Source of the DNA: SAR86 cluster bacterium AG-390-O18
Lineage (GTDB): Bacteria > Pseudomonadota > Gammaproteobacteria > Magnimaribacterales > AG-339-G14
Assembly (NCBI GenBank): GCA_003279605.1
Contig: QCHF01000002.1
Location: 64,529 to 128,528 of the forward strand
Length of the DNA: 64,000 nucleotides
Direction of reading: 5' to 3'
The notes under the pieces were generated by a model. It did no database searches. It was not told the DNA's origin and saw only the letters and a list, made by a program, of their open reading frames with translations. A program made the translations under genes and the position numbers. Shown here piece by piece: positions 30,637 through 41,218 of this stretch. Each line of letters opens with the position of its first letter. The stretch's first letter is position 1.

Positions 30637-31497
30637 TTAGGAGTCTATAGCCTCTTGAGGAGGAGGAATGTCATCTGGTACAAAAAAGTCTGGCGCTAAC
30701 TGAGCAAAAGGTACTTCAGCATATTTTGAAAAATCTTTTACTCCATTATCAGCCAACAAATTATCATCGATACAAAAGTTACCTGTAAAATCTTTAGAAT
30801 TTTTTGTAAGAATTACATAAGCAGCATCGGCCATAATTTCAGGAGTTCTAGACACTTTTACAGTTTCATCTCCACCAAGAATATTTTTTACTGCAGCTGT
30901 TGCAATAGCTGTTCTGGGCCATAAAGCATTTACTGCAACGCCTTGTTCTTTAAATTCCTCAGCCATTCCCAATACACAAAGGCTCATCCCGAATTTAGCT
31001 ATCGAATAAGCCACGCTGTTTGCAAACCATTTAGGATTCATATCTAAAGGAGGAGATAAATTCAAAATATGGGGATTTTCAACTTTAAGTAAATAAGGAA
31101 GGCATTTCTTTGATGTTAAAAAAGTTCCCCTTGCATTTATTTGATTCATCAAATCATATCTTTTCATATCGGTTTGCATGGTATTGGTTAATTGTATAGC
31201 GCTGGCATTATTTACACATATATCAATGCCGCCAAAATGGTCAGCTCCCTTATTAACTGCTTCTTCCAATTGATCTTCAAATCTCACATCACATAAAACA
31301 GGAAAAGCTTTTCCTCCTGCTTCTTCAACTTCTTCAGCAGCTGTATAAATTGTTCCAGGAAGCTTTGGGTGTGGTTCAGCTGTTTTAGCAGCTAAAATTA
31401 CATTAGCTCCATCTTGAGCTGCTCTTTTTGCAATTGCCAGTCCAATTCCTCTTGAAGCTCCTGAAATGAATAAGGTTTTGTTTGTTAATTTGCTCAT
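30637..31497 (-). CDS. Short-chain dehydrogenase/reductase (HSDL2-like)
   Basis: ISGASRGIGLAIA Rossmann motif, NNAS, and the catalytic YSIAK. Confidence 0.75.
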   Translation of the reverse strand: MSKLTNKTLFISGASRGIGLAIAKRAAQDGANVILAAKTAEPHPKLPGTIYTAAEEVEEAGGKAFPVLCDVRFEDQLEEAVNKGADHFGGIDICVNNASAIQLTNTMQTDMKRYDLMNQINARGTFLTSKKCLPYLLKVENPHILNLSPPLDMNPKWFANSVAYSIAKFGMSLCVLGMAEEFKEQGVAVNALWPRTAIATAAVKNILGGDETVKVSRTPEIMADAAYVILTKNSKDFTGNFCIDDNLLADNGVKDFSKYAEVPFAQLAPDFFVPDDIPPPQEAIDS

Positions 31498-31587
31498 AAA
31501 AGTTCCTATTTAAAAGAATTATTTTAAACACAATTAAAATTCTGTATATCTCTAATATTAAATTTTTTTAAAGGTAAAATAGCATTC

Positions 31588-33636
31588 TTGAATAAAATAT
31601 TTAATTTTCTTTTTTTCACTGCTTTTTATTTTGGTAGCTTATTTGCTTCTAATATTGAATTTGAAGCAGATAAAACGTCCTTTGATACTAAAAATGAATT
31701 TTTATTGTTAGAAGGCAATGTATTTCTAAAAATTGAAAATCTTCAATTCAAAGCAGACCAAGTAAGTTTGGACAATAAAAATAAAGTTTTTTCTAGCGAA
31801 AAGATTAGCTTTTCTACCTTGGATGATTTTATTTATGGGCAAACCAAGTTTGTGAGTATTTCTAAAGATGAAACGTTAATGAAAGATGTAGAATTTTCAA
31901 GCTGCCCATGTGAGAACAAAATATGGTGGGTTGAGTCTAAAGAATTAAAATTCCAAAACAGCAATAATATCCTTTCAGCTAAGAAGAGTAAGCTTATAGT
32001 TCAAGGTAGAACTCTTGCTTATTTGAATAGTGCAAATTTCCCCATAAGCGCAAAAAGGAAGAGCGGTATTCTTCTGCCAGAAATCTCTATAAATGAAAGA
32101 TCAGGTCTTGATGTAAAAATTCCAGTTTATCTTAATCTCAGAGAAAATCTTGATTTGACCTTAGAGCCTAGATTGATGACTCAAAGAGGTTATGGAATTA
32201 CTAACCAACTTAGATATTTAGGAAAAAATTATGATGGATATTTTAATTCTTCCTTTCTAAAGGACGATGAATCGACTTTTAAAACTTTAGAAACTGATGA
32301 CCTAAGATGGTCATATAATCTATCTCATCAGCAAAAAATTGGGTCTTCTTTATTTTTTAACTTAAATACTTCATCTTCAGGAGATCCATTCTATTTATCG
32401 GACTTAGGAAGTTTTATGAGTGGATTATCTAGAACTTATGTTTTGCCTCAGAAAGGTGATATTACTTACTTTAAAGATAACTTATTTATTAGAGCAGATA
32501 TTAATTCATTTAAAATAACTAATCCCTTGGGGACTAATCAGTTTCAAAGAGTTCCTGGGCTTGAAGTTAGATATTTTTTAAATAAAAGTGATACTAGTTT
32601 TAATTTAAATGCAGATTTAGGATATTTCAGAAAAGGAGGTTCATTTAGGAATAACGAAAGAGAAAACCTAAAAAAACTATCATTAAGACCAAGTATTTCT
32701 CATGCCTTTTCCAAAAAAAATTACTTTCTAAGAACCGATATCTCTCTAAATTATTTCTTGCTTGAGAAAAATGGAAAAAAGGAAAGTGAGTTTTTACCTT
32801 CTTTAAAAATCAAACAGTCTCTCAAATTTTATAAATTAAAAGATAATTCAAAATTGCTTTTAAAGCCTTTTTTTGATTTTTACATTTCAGATCAAAAAAA
32901 AATTATCAATAATCTTACTGTTGATTCTGGGCTAAGGATGTCCTCACTAAATGAAAGTCCTGTATTTGGAGATTTATTTTTAAGCAATCAAAGAGATGTA
33001 AATTTAGGATCGAGCTTTAGGCTGAAAAATTATGATGGCTCGGTTTTAAACTTTAGCGCAGAAAAATTATATTCCTTTGGAGAGAAAAAACTTTTTTTTG
33101 AGAATTTCAGATTAGATTTTCCTGATCCCTTTTCAATAAAAATGAATTATAAAACTAGTTCTAAGATTAATTATTCTTCAGAATTTTCAATTGATAAAAA
33201 CAATAATTTTTCTTCTTATAGAAATTCCATAAAAATAAATTCTCTTAATTTTAAGCTAACATTTGACCATTATCTTGTAAGAAATATTAATGTTTTTAAT
33301 CTGAATAAAAATATCAATGAAATCAAAAAAATAAACTCTTTTGATATTTCAAGTACTTTCAATTTTAATGAAAACTGGAGTGGAGGATTTAAATTCATAA
33401 ATGATATAGAACAAAAGAAGAACATAAATTCTGTCTTAACATTAGATTATGAAAATGATGGATTAAGTATTGGGATTGCATATATGAAATCTATAGAGCT
33501 TGATTGGGTAAGTATTTTGGAAAATAGAGTATTTAAAGATTATCATAAAGACAGATTTAGATTGTTTTTCGAACTCAAAGGCCTTGGATCATTAGGAAGG
33601 CCGAAAGAAGACTACATAAAAAGAAGGAATTTATGA
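31588..33636 (+). CDS. lptD: LPS-assembly outer-membrane protein LptD
   Basis: Has a signal peptide, an OstA-like N-terminal domain (FEADK...LLLEGNV) and a long Asn/Ser/Phe/Tyr-rich beta-barrel. It lies upstream of surA-pdxA-rsmA. TTG start. Confidence 0.85.
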   Translation: MNKIFNFLFFTAFYFGSLFASNIEFEADKTSFDTKNEFLLLEGNVFLKIENLQFKADQVSLDNKNKVFSSEKISFSTLDDFIYGQTKFVSISKDETLMKDVEFSSCPCENKIWWVESKELKFQNSNNILSAKKSKLIVQGRTLAYLNSANFPISAKRKSGILLPEISINERSGLDVKIPVYLNLRENLDLTLEPRLMTQRGYGITNQLRYLGKNYDGYFNSSFLKDDESTFKTLETDDLRWSYNLSHQQKIGSSLFFNLNTSSSGDPFYLSDLGSFMSGLSRTYVLPQKGDITYFKDNLFIRADINSFKITNPLGTNQFQRVPGLEVRYFLNKSDTSFNLNADLGYFRKGGSFRNNERENLKKLSLRPSISHAFSKKNYFLRTDISLNYFLLEKNGKKESEFLPSLKIKQSLKFYKLKDNSKLLLKPFFDFYISDQKKIINNLTVDSGLRMSSLNESPVFGDLFLSNQRDVNLGSSFRLKNYDGSVLNFSAEKLYSFGEKKLFFENFRLDFPDPFSIKMNYKTSSKINYSSEFSIDKNNNFSSYRNSIKINSLNFKLTFDHYLVRNINVFNLNKNINEIKKINSFDISSTFNFNENWSGGFKFINDIEQKKNINSVLTLDYENDGLSIGIAYMKSIELDWVSILENRVFKDYHKDRFRLFFELKGLGSLGRPKEDYIKRRNL

Positions 33637-34901
33637 AAATTTTATGCCTATTACTTTTTAGTCAAATAATTTTGGCTAATGTTAATTTTGTAGACAGAAT
33701 TGGTGTAATTGTCGAAGAAGGGATAATTATGGAATCTGAAGTTAATAATGCTTTAGAACAAGCAATAAAAAATTTAAAAAAAAATGGTAATCAAATTCCT
33801 CCAAGAGAGTTTCTGTTCAATAATGTTCTTGAAAAATTGATCATGGATGAAATTCTTATGCAGAAAGCTAAAAAATTTGGAATAAGGATTAGCGATCAAG
33901 AACTTAATGAATCGTTAATTAGGATTGCAAGACAAGAAGATTTAAATCTTAAAGAGTTTAAAGAAAAAGTTGAAAAAGAAGGAGATACCTTCAAGTCATT
34001 TAGAGAAATTATAAAAAAAGAAATGATGATTCGAAGAGTTCAGTCTGGATTAGTTAGGCCTAAAATAGTAATTTCAGAACAAGAAATTGAAAATTATATC
34101 AACTCCTCTGAAGGAGAAGAGCTCATTTCTACCGAATATAAAATAGAACAAATTCTTTTAAAATTTCCTACTAATTTGAACGAACAAATTAAAGATAGAT
34201 TTATAAATCAAGCTGAAGACATAAAAAAAGAAATAAATGATGGATTAGATTTCCAAGATGCAATAAAGAAATATTCAGATTTGAAAGAAGAAGAAAATTT
34301 TGGAGGAATATATTGGAAAAAAATCTCAGAAGTCCCCTCTATTTTTGAAAAAAAATTAAAAAGCATGAAACTTAATGATTTTTTTGGGCCCATAGAAAGT
34401 GGAGCAGGAATTCATATTATAAAACTTTCAGGCATTAGAGGAGATTCTATTAAAGTTGAGGAACAATCTTTAGTTCAACATATTCTCATAGAAACTTCTG
34501 AAATAAGAAGTGAAAAGCAAGCCGAAGATTTAATAAATAATCTATATGACAGAGCCCAAGAAGAAGATTTAGGAATATTAGCAAGAATTTATTCAGACGA
34601 TCCTGGATCAAAACTTAATGCTGGAAAATTGAATTGGGCTCCAGAGGGTGTTTATGATGAAAATTTTGAAACTACCATCAAGAAAGTTAAGTTAGGTGAA
34701 ATAAGCAGGCCCTTTAAAAGTTCTTTTGGATGGCACATTCTTAAAGTTTTAGAAAAAAGAGAAAAAAATATATCAGACGAGATGATAAAAGATAAAGCCT
34801 TTGGCATTCTCTTTAACAGAAAGTTTAACGAACAACTCCAAAACACACTGGAAGAAATAAGATCTGAATCTTTTGTAGATATAAAAATTTCTTCTTCATG
34901 A
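33633..34901 (+). CDS. surA: Periplasmic chaperone / peptidyl-prolyl isomerase SurA
   Basis: Has a signal peptide, the SurA N-domain and parvulin motifs (GWHILKV). It sits in the conserved lptD-surA-pdxA context. Confidence 0.9.
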   Translation: MKILCLLLFSQIILANVNFVDRIGVIVEEGIIMESEVNNALEQAIKNLKKNGNQIPPREFLFNNVLEKLIMDEILMQKAKKFGIRISDQELNESLIRIARQEDLNLKEFKEKVEKEGDTFKSFREIIKKEMMIRRVQSGLVRPKIVISEQEIENYINSSEGEELISTEYKIEQILLKFPTNLNEQIKDRFINQAEDIKKEINDGLDFQDAIKKYSDLKEEENFGGIYWKKISEVPSIFEKKLKSMKLNDFFGPIESGAGIHIIKLSGIRGDSIKVEEQSLVQHILIETSEIRSEKQAEDLINNLYDRAQEEDLGILARIYSDDPGSKLNAGKLNWAPEGVYDENFETTIKKVKLGEISRPFKSSFGWHILKVLEKREKNISDEMIKDKAFGILFNRKFNEQLQNTLEEIRSESFVDIKISSS

Positions 34902-35842
34902 ACAAATTCTTTATTTCTCCTGGCGACCCTGCTGGAATTGGACCTGAAATAACTCTTAAAGCATTATCAAATAATGAAGATTTACAAAATAAGTTTGTTT
35001 TAGCTGGTGATAAAGCTTTCTACCAAAGTTTGATTAATAAACATAATTTAAAAGTAAATTTAATTGATGAAGGTTCTAGAGATGAGGGTATTAATTTCAA
35101 ACATTTTCCACTTCAAAATACAGTTTCTATCGGTGAGCCAAACGTAGCTAATGCAAACTACATTATTGATATCCTTTCTCACGGTGCTTTAGGCTGTCTC
35201 AAAAAGGAATTTAAAGGTCTTATTACTGGACCAATTAATAAAGAATTGATTAATGAATCTGGATTTGAATTTTCTGGTCATACTGAATTTCTATCAGATA
35301 TTGCTAATGCAAAAAAAGTAGTGATGCTTTTAGTGAATAAAAAACTTAAGATTGCGCTTCTTACAACCCATATTCCGCTATCTGAAGTTCCATCTAAAAT
35401 ATCAAAAAAGAACTTAGAAGAGACCGTGTCTATTATTTCTGAAGAAATTAAAAATATTTGGAAAATTGAAAATCCTTCTATATGTCTTTTAGGCCTAAAT
35501 CCTCACGCTGGTGAGGGTGGCTATATAGGTCATGAGGATGAGGAAATTTTAAAACCTTTTGTGAGTGCCTCTGAGGAGAATGTTTATGGTCCAATATCTG
35601 CTGACACAGCATTTATTGAAAAAAATATAAAAAAATATGATGTTTTTCTTGCTATGTATCATGATCAAGGTTTGCCTGTAATCAAATCAATGGGTTTTGG
35701 AAATACACTAAACGTTACTTTGGGATTGCCTTTCATTAGAATTTCAGTAGATCATGGAACGGCATATGAAATAGCAGGAAAGAATAAAGCTGATTTTTCC
35801 AGCATGGAAGAAGCTTTAAAAACATCGGCTTCGCTGCTTTAA
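34898..35842 (+). CDS. pdxA: 4-hydroxythreonine-4-phosphate dehydrogenase PdxA
   Basis: PGDPAGIGPEI, GHTEFL, LNPHAGEGG, MYHDQGL and SVDHGTA. Confidence 0.95.
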   Translation: MNKFFISPGDPAGIGPEITLKALSNNEDLQNKFVLAGDKAFYQSLINKHNLKVNLIDEGSRDEGINFKHFPLQNTVSIGEPNVANANYIIDILSHGALGCLKKEFKGLITGPINKELINESGFEFSGHTEFLSDIANAKKVVMLLVNKKLKIALLTTHIPLSEVPSKISKKNLEETVSIISEEIKNIWKIENPSICLLGLNPHAGEGGYIGHEDEEILKPFVSASEENVYGPISADTAFIEKNIKKYDVFLAMYHDQGLPVIKSMGFGNTLNVTLGLPFIRISVDHGTAYEIAGKNKADFSSMEEALKTSASLL

Positions 35843-35843
35843 A

Positions 35844-36614
35844 ATGCAAGCGAAAAAAAGATTTGGGCAAAACTTCTTAACAGACAGAAAACTATTAGAG
35901 GATTTAGTAAGTCTTATAAAAGTATCTGATCAGGATAAATTTTTGGAAATTGGTCCAGGTAAAGGTGATTTAACAGAAAGCTTAATAAACTTATGTGACT
36001 CTTACTTTGGAGTTGAAGTAGACAAAGATTTATTGGTTTTTTTAAGAAATAAGTTCCCAGAAAATAAAAAAGCCTTTATTGATGGAGATATCTTAAAGCT
36101 GCATCCCTCAAAAATTTATTCTTCAAATAAGTTTAGAGTTGTCGGAAATATTCCATACAACATATCAAGCCCTATCTTAGAATGGTGCGAAAAGCATTAT
36201 GCAAAAATATACGATATACATTTTATGCTTCAAAAAGAGTTTGCTCTAAGGTGTGCTGGAAGTGAAAGGACTTCATCTTATGGCAGGCTCAGTGTTATTT
36301 GTAACTATTTGTATGAAGTTACAATTTTAAAAGAAGTTTCAAAAGATTTTTTTAACCCCGCACCTAAAGTAGATAGTTTATTTGTAAGGTTTTCTCCAAA
36401 GAAAAAAGAAGTTGATCATAAAGAGTTAAGAAACTTAAAACAAGTTACGAGAGCCTTATTTAATAAGAAGAGAAAAAAAATTTCTAATTCTCTTGAAGAT
36501 GTCATTCAAAAAGAAAATATCAAAAAACTAGATCTGAATTTTAATCTTCGTCCTGACGAACTTTCTTTAGATGAATATCTTCAAATATCTTCATTGGTAA
36601 AGAACAATGGCTAA
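35844..36614 (+). CDS. rsmA: 16S rRNA (adenine1518/1519-N6)-dimethyltransferase RsmA/KsgA
   Basis: KRFGQNFL, EIGPGKGDLT, GNIPYNISSPIL and FNPAPKVDS. Confidence 0.95.
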   Translation: MQAKKRFGQNFLTDRKLLEDLVSLIKVSDQDKFLEIGPGKGDLTESLINLCDSYFGVEVDKDLLVFLRNKFPENKKAFIDGDILKLHPSKIYSSNKFRVVGNIPYNISSPILEWCEKHYAKIYDIHFMLQKEFALRCAGSERTSSYGRLSVICNYLYEVTILKEVSKDFFNPAPKVDSLFVRFSPKKKEVDHKELRNLKQVTRALFNKKRKKISNSLEDVIQKENIKKLDLNFNLRPDELSLDEYLQISSLVKNNG

Positions 36615-37425
36615 TTATGTAGTTGGAGATATTCAAGGATGTTTCGAAGAGTTTAAAAATGGTTTAGAGCTTATAAAGTTTAACAGTTCAAAAGACTTTC
36701 TATGGATTACAGGTGATTTAGTTAATAGAGGTCCAGATTCTTTAAAAGTCCTAGAACATGTAATGAAAATTAAAAATTCAGTTCATATAGTCCTAGGTAA
36801 TCACGACTTACATTATTTAAATTGTTTTTTTAACAAAAAAAAACTTAATGACGATGATACTTTTCAATCTCTCATAATTCATAAAAAAAATACAAAAATG
36901 GCTAAGTTTCTTTTAAAACAACCTTTTGTATTCTCAAAAAAAATTCTTACTAAAAAAAAGGTCATTAAAGTTGCCATGGTTCACGCAGGTATCCCAAGGA
37001 ACATGACGCTTAAAAAAGCTGAAACTTTATCTAAGCTTTGTGGATTGGAATTAATAAAAAATCCTACAAACAGTTTAAAAAAAATTTTTGAAGATAAAAA
37101 AAATTTTCTTAGTGTTGATGCTTTTAGTGGTTTAGTAAATTTTTTTACAAGAGTTAGAGTGATAAATAAGAATGGATTACCTAATTTCGCTTTTAAGGGG
37201 AGAAAAAAGAACATTCCTTCAAATTTAGTTCCTTGGTTTAAAAAAGAAAATAAAATAATGGAAGACCTCGATTATTTGGTATTTGGCCATTGGGCCGCTC
37301 TTCAAGGCAAAACAGATATATCTAATATTATCGCCTTAGATACTGGATGTTGTTGGGGAAAAGAATTAACATTTTTAAGATTAGAAGATCAAAAAAAATT
37401 TGTGATAAAAAGTAAGCAAGGATGA
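36607..37425 (+). CDS. apaH: Symmetrical bis(5'-nucleosyl)-tetraphosphatase ApaH
   Basis: Has the metallophosphoesterase motifs VGDIQGC, GDLVNRGPDS and GNHD, plus VHAG and GHW. It follows rsmA, and apaG is absent. Confidence 0.85.
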   Translation: MANYVVGDIQGCFEEFKNGLELIKFNSSKDFLWITGDLVNRGPDSLKVLEHVMKIKNSVHIVLGNHDLHYLNCFFNKKKLNDDDTFQSLIIHKKNTKMAKFLLKQPFVFSKKILTKKKVIKVAMVHAGIPRNMTLKKAETLSKLCGLELIKNPTNSLKKIFEDKKNFLSVDAFSGLVNFFTRVRVINKNGLPNFAFKGRKKNIPSNLVPWFKKENKIMEDLDYLVFGHWAALQGKTDISNIIALDTGCCWGKELTFLRLEDQKKFVIKSKQG

Positions 37426-38501
37426 AAATTTTCTTAGTAGGCGGAGCAATAAGGGATGAGATATTAGGCATTCCTTTCAGTGAAAAAGATTGGGTTGTTG
37501 TAAATTCCTCTCACAAAGAAATGATAAAGCAAGGCTTTAAACAAGTGGGGAAAAACTTTCCAGTTTACTTACATCCCAAAACAAAAGAGGAATATGCTTT
37601 AGCCAGAAAAGAAAGAAAAACAGGAAAAGGTCATAAGAATTTTTCTTTTAATACAAAATCTGACATTTCTCTTAAAGAAGATTTAAAGAGAAGAGATATT
37701 ACAATTAATGCTATTGCTAAAGATAAATCTGGAAAATTATATGATCCTTTTGGAGGAATTAAAGATCTAAGGGATAGAAAAATAAGAATAGTTTCAAAAG
37801 CTTTCTCTGAGGATCCTTTGAGGCTTTTTAGAGTTGCAAGATTTAAGTCAAAACTTTCTGATTTAAATTTTTCAATTTCTCGACATACTTTGGAAGTTTT
37901 AAAGAAAATATCTTCAAGTAATGAAATCGATTTTCTTTCAGGAGAAAGAATTTGGGATGAAACGCAAAAGGCTCTTGGTTATAAAAATTCAAGTAAATAT
38001 TTTTCCACTTTAAAAAAAGTAGAGGCACTCAAATACTTTGATGGGCTTGAAAAGACCTACTCTAAAAATTTGAAGTTTCTTAAAAAAATGGATAAAGAAA
38101 GAAATATGGTTCTTGAAAAATGGGCGATAATTAATCTAAATTCTAGTCAGGCAGAAGTACTCGAAAAAAAGATTAGAGTACCAAATAAAATTTCAAGTTT
38201 TAGAAAAACTCTTAATGAAATTTTTCAATTAATTAAAAATAAAAATATTAACGAAAAAAAACTTTTATCTAGCATAAATGGTATGAACTTTTTTAGAAAC
38301 GAAACGAATTTGTTAAATTCGTTAAATTTACTTCAAAGATTAAAAATAATTTCATCTGAAAAAAATAAAAATTGGAAATCTCTCTTAAATAATCTAAAAA
38401 AAATCAAAGTCAAAACTTCTGGCTTAAGTGCTAAAGAAATTAAAGAAAAAATTTTTCATGAGAGATTAAAAGTAATAAAGGATAATAAAAATGACTTATA
38501 A
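37422..38501 (+). CDS. cca: CCA tRNA nucleotidyltransferase (class II head domain; no HD motif in the tail)
   Basis: LVGGAIRDEILG, DWVV and RRDITINA..D are conserved. The C-terminal half is Lys/Asn-rich and contains no HD dipeptide at all. Confidence 0.8.
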   Translation: MKIFLVGGAIRDEILGIPFSEKDWVVVNSSHKEMIKQGFKQVGKNFPVYLHPKTKEEYALARKERKTGKGHKNFSFNTKSDISLKEDLKRRDITINAIAKDKSGKLYDPFGGIKDLRDRKIRIVSKAFSEDPLRLFRVARFKSKLSDLNFSISRHTLEVLKKISSSNEIDFLSGERIWDETQKALGYKNSSKYFSTLKKVEALKYFDGLEKTYSKNLKFLKKMDKERNMVLEKWAIINLNSSQAEVLEKKIRVPNKISSFRKTLNEIFQLIKNKNINEKKLLSSINGMNFFRNETNLLNSLNLLQRLKIISSEKNKNWKSLLNNLKKIKVKTSGLSAKEIKEKIFHERLKVIKDNKNDL

Positions 38502-39213
38502 AACTGCCTTAATAACCGGAGGAGCAATTAGAATTGGCAAAGATATTTGCAAAAAGCTTCATGGAAACGGTTACAACATTATTTGTCATTACAATAAATC
38601 AGAAAATGAAGCAAAAGATCTTAAATCTGAATTAAACAAATTAAGAGAAAATAGTTGTGAAATTTTTTGCTTAGATCTTAATGATTTTGAGCAAGTAGAA
38701 GAGCTCGTAAACAAGATTAGCAATAATTTTAATTCTCTGGACGTTTTGGTAAATAACGCTTCTTCTTTTTTTAAAACAGATATAGAAAATCATGATGATT
38801 CTGATTGGGATGACCTAATTAACTCAAATTTACGAGGTCCGTTTTTGTTATCAAGGCACTGCAAAAAAATGCTGTCAAAATCTAATGGGTTAATAATTAA
38901 TATATCTGATGCGATGGTCAACAGAGGAATGAAAAATTATGTTATTTACTCTATAGCAAAAGCAGGACTTGAAAATTTAACCAAAACTCTTGCACGTGAG
39001 TTTGCTCCTGAAGTGAGAGTAAATGCCGTTGCTCCCGGCGCAATATTGTTGCCATCAGACGGCTCATCTGAAGAACAAGAACTGCTAAATGAAATTCCTT
39101 TGAATAGAATAGGAACAGAAAGAGATATTTCTGAGGCAGTAGTTGGATTGACTAAATTTTCCTACGTTACCGGTCAGATATTAAAAATTGATGGCGGCAG
39201 ATCTTTAAATTGA
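38491..39213 (+). CDS. SDR of the pteridine reductase / FolM type
   Basis: Has TGGAIRIG, which is TGxxxRxG rather than the classical TGxxxGxG, plus NNAS and the catalytic YSIAK. Confidence 0.6.
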   Translation: MTYKTALITGGAIRIGKDICKKLHGNGYNIICHYNKSENEAKDLKSELNKLRENSCEIFCLDLNDFEQVEELVNKISNNFNSLDVLVNNASSFFKTDIENHDDSDWDDLINSNLRGPFLLSRHCKKMLSKSNGLIINISDAMVNRGMKNYVIYSIAKAGLENLTKTLAREFAPEVRVNAVAPGAILLPSDGSSEEQELLNEIPLNRIGTERDISEAVVGLTKFSYVTGQILKIDGGRSLN

Positions 39214-39240
39214 TGTATATTTACTTTTTTTGAGAAAAGC

Positions 39241-40290
39241 ATGAATAGTAAATTCAAAGGGGAATATTCAGGTACAAAAAATGTATCAGAAAGACATGAG
39301 ATTGATCAAAACAAGCTTCAAGAATATCTCAATGACAAATTAGAAAACTTTGGAGACATAAATTCAATTGAAGAATTCGTTGGAGGGCAATCCAATCCTA
39401 CTTACCTTTTAAAAACTCAAAGAGAATCTTATGTCTTAAGAAGAAAACCTCCAGGGAAGCTTTTGAAATCTGCTCACGCAGTCGATAGAGAATACAAAGT
39501 AATTGCTGCCTTGAATAAAACTGATGTTCCGGTTCCAAAAGCCTACATACATTGTGAAGATGAGTCGGTCATTGGCACGGAATTCTTCCTGATGAGTTTT
39601 GTAGATGGAGAAGTAATGTGGGAGCCTCATATTCCACAAGCATCCTATGAAGAAAGACAAAAGATTTATCGTTCTATGAACGAAACAATTGCAATGTTAC
39701 ACAGTGTTGATCATGAAAGTATTGGGCTAGAAACTTTCGGAAAACCTGGAAATTATGTAGGTAGACAAGTTGCACGATGGTCTAAACAATATGTGGCATC
39801 GGAAACTAGAGAAATAAAATCTATGAACAATCTTATGGAATGGTTGCCAAAAAACCTCCCTGCTGAAAAAGCTACAAAACTTGTTCATGGTGACTTTAGT
39901 TTAAGCAACGTCATGATTGACTTAAAAACTTTTAAAATTTGCGCGATATTAGACTGGGAGCTTTCCACGCTTGGTGATCCTGCTGCAGATTTTAGTTATC
40001 ACTGTATTCAATATAAGTTAAATCCAGTTTTATCGGATGAAAAACAATGCAAAGATTTAGGTATTCCTACTGAAATGGAATATTTAGAAATGTATGAAGA
40101 GAAAACTGGTTATGAAATTAAACCGGAGTGGAATTTGTACATGGGTTTTAACTTATTTAAGTTAGCAGCAATCAGTCAAGGAATTATGGGCAGAGTCAGA
40201 GACGGAACTGCAGCAGGTAAAAATGCTGACTCTTTTGGTGAAAATGCCGTTATGATGGCTGATGAAGCTTGGAAATTAATTAACGAGTGA
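39241..40290 (+). CDS. Phosphotransferase-family kinase (APH fold; ACAD10/11 N-terminal-domain / LvaA-like)
   Basis: Has the catalytic loop HGDFSLSNVMID and the metal-binding ILDWELSTLGDP. FVGGQSNPTYLL is typical of the ACAD10/11-associated kinase group. Confidence 0.7.
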   Translation: MNSKFKGEYSGTKNVSERHEIDQNKLQEYLNDKLENFGDINSIEEFVGGQSNPTYLLKTQRESYVLRRKPPGKLLKSAHAVDREYKVIAALNKTDVPVPKAYIHCEDESVIGTEFFLMSFVDGEVMWEPHIPQASYEERQKIYRSMNETIAMLHSVDHESIGLETFGKPGNYVGRQVARWSKQYVASETREIKSMNNLMEWLPKNLPAEKATKLVHGDFSLSNVMIDLKTFKICAILDWELSTLGDPAADFSYHCIQYKLNPVLSDEKQCKDLGIPTEMEYLEMYEEKTGYEIKPEWNLYMGFNLFKLAAISQGIMGRVRDGTAAGKNADSFGENAVMMADEAWKLINE

Positions 40291-40297
40291 GGTAAAA

Positions 40298-40780
40298 ATG
40301 TCAAAAATAAAAATGCCAGTCGAAAAAAGTCACATCATGATGTTTGCAAGGTCAATTGGAGATGCAAATCCTAAATATTACGAAGAAAAAGATGAAAATG
40401 TTATTGCACCTCCTACTTTCATTCAATCTAGTGCTCAATTTGATCCTGAATATTTTTTAAGACCAAAAATTGGTGGTGACAATTGGTTTGGGTCTGGAAA
40501 AGAAGCTACAGGAATGAAATCATCGGGTTCTGGCTCTGGGGGTGGTGGAGCAGCAATGGGTCTTCATGCCGAACAGCATTACGAGTACCACCAACCTTTG
40601 AACGTTGGAGATGTTATTACCGCTGAAGTTAAACCAGGAAAATCTTGGGAAAAAGAAAGCAAAAGAGCTGGTAAATTAAAGTTTAGTGAAAGTGTAACCG
40701 AATACAGAAATCAAGATGGTGAGCTCATCATCACTGCAACTTCTGTTGGCGTGGTTACAGAAAAACCTGTAGAAAATTAG
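40298..40780 (+). CDS. MaoC-N-like hotdog subunit (non-catalytic partner of a heteromeric hydratase)
   Basis: FARSIGDANPKYY replaces the catalytic D..NP.H. It has a Gly/Ser-rich loop and is adjacent to a canonical MaoC subunit. Confidence 0.6.
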   Translation: MSKIKMPVEKSHIMMFARSIGDANPKYYEEKDENVIAPPTFIQSSAQFDPEYFLRPKIGGDNWFGSGKEATGMKSSGSGSGGGGAAMGLHAEQHYEYHQPLNVGDVITAEVKPGKSWEKESKRAGKLKFSESVTEYRNQDGELIITATSVGVVTEKPVEN

Positions 40781-40789
40781 GAGAAGGAT

Positions 40790-41206
40790 ATGTTGAAGAA
40801 AAATGAAATTAAAATTGGAGATACTTATTCTGAGAAAATTGTAGAAGATTTGAAGAGAACTCAAATTGTACAGTATGCTGGAGCATCTGGTGATTACAAC
40901 CCTCTCCATTCTGATGATAAATTCACTAAAGAAATTGCCGGTTATCCAGGTGTCTTTGCCCATGGAATGTTATCAATGGGAATGACGGGTAAGATGCTTA
41001 CAAACTTTGTTGGTGACGGCACGCTTAAAAAATATGGTGTTCGTTTTACCAATCAAGTTTGGCCTGGAGATTCTTTAGAAAGCACTGCAACAATCATAGA
41101 TATCAAAGAAGAGGATGGCGAAACCCTTGCTGAGATTGCTATCGAAACAAAGAATCAAGACGGTGCTACTGTTATTACTGGCTCTGCTACTGCAAAAGTA
41201 GGTTAA
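40790..41206 (+). CDS. MaoC-like (R)-specific enoyl-CoA hydratase subunit
   Basis: Carries the hydratase-2 motif YAGASGDYNPLHSDDKFTKEIAGYPGVFAHGM. Confidence 0.75.
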   Translation: MLKKNEIKIGDTYSEKIVEDLKRTQIVQYAGASGDYNPLHSDDKFTKEIAGYPGVFAHGMLSMGMTGKMLTNFVGDGTLKKYGVRFTNQVWPGDSLESTATIIDIKEEDGETLAEIAIETKNQDGATVITGSATAKVG

Positions 41207-41218
41207 TAAATAAGTTTT

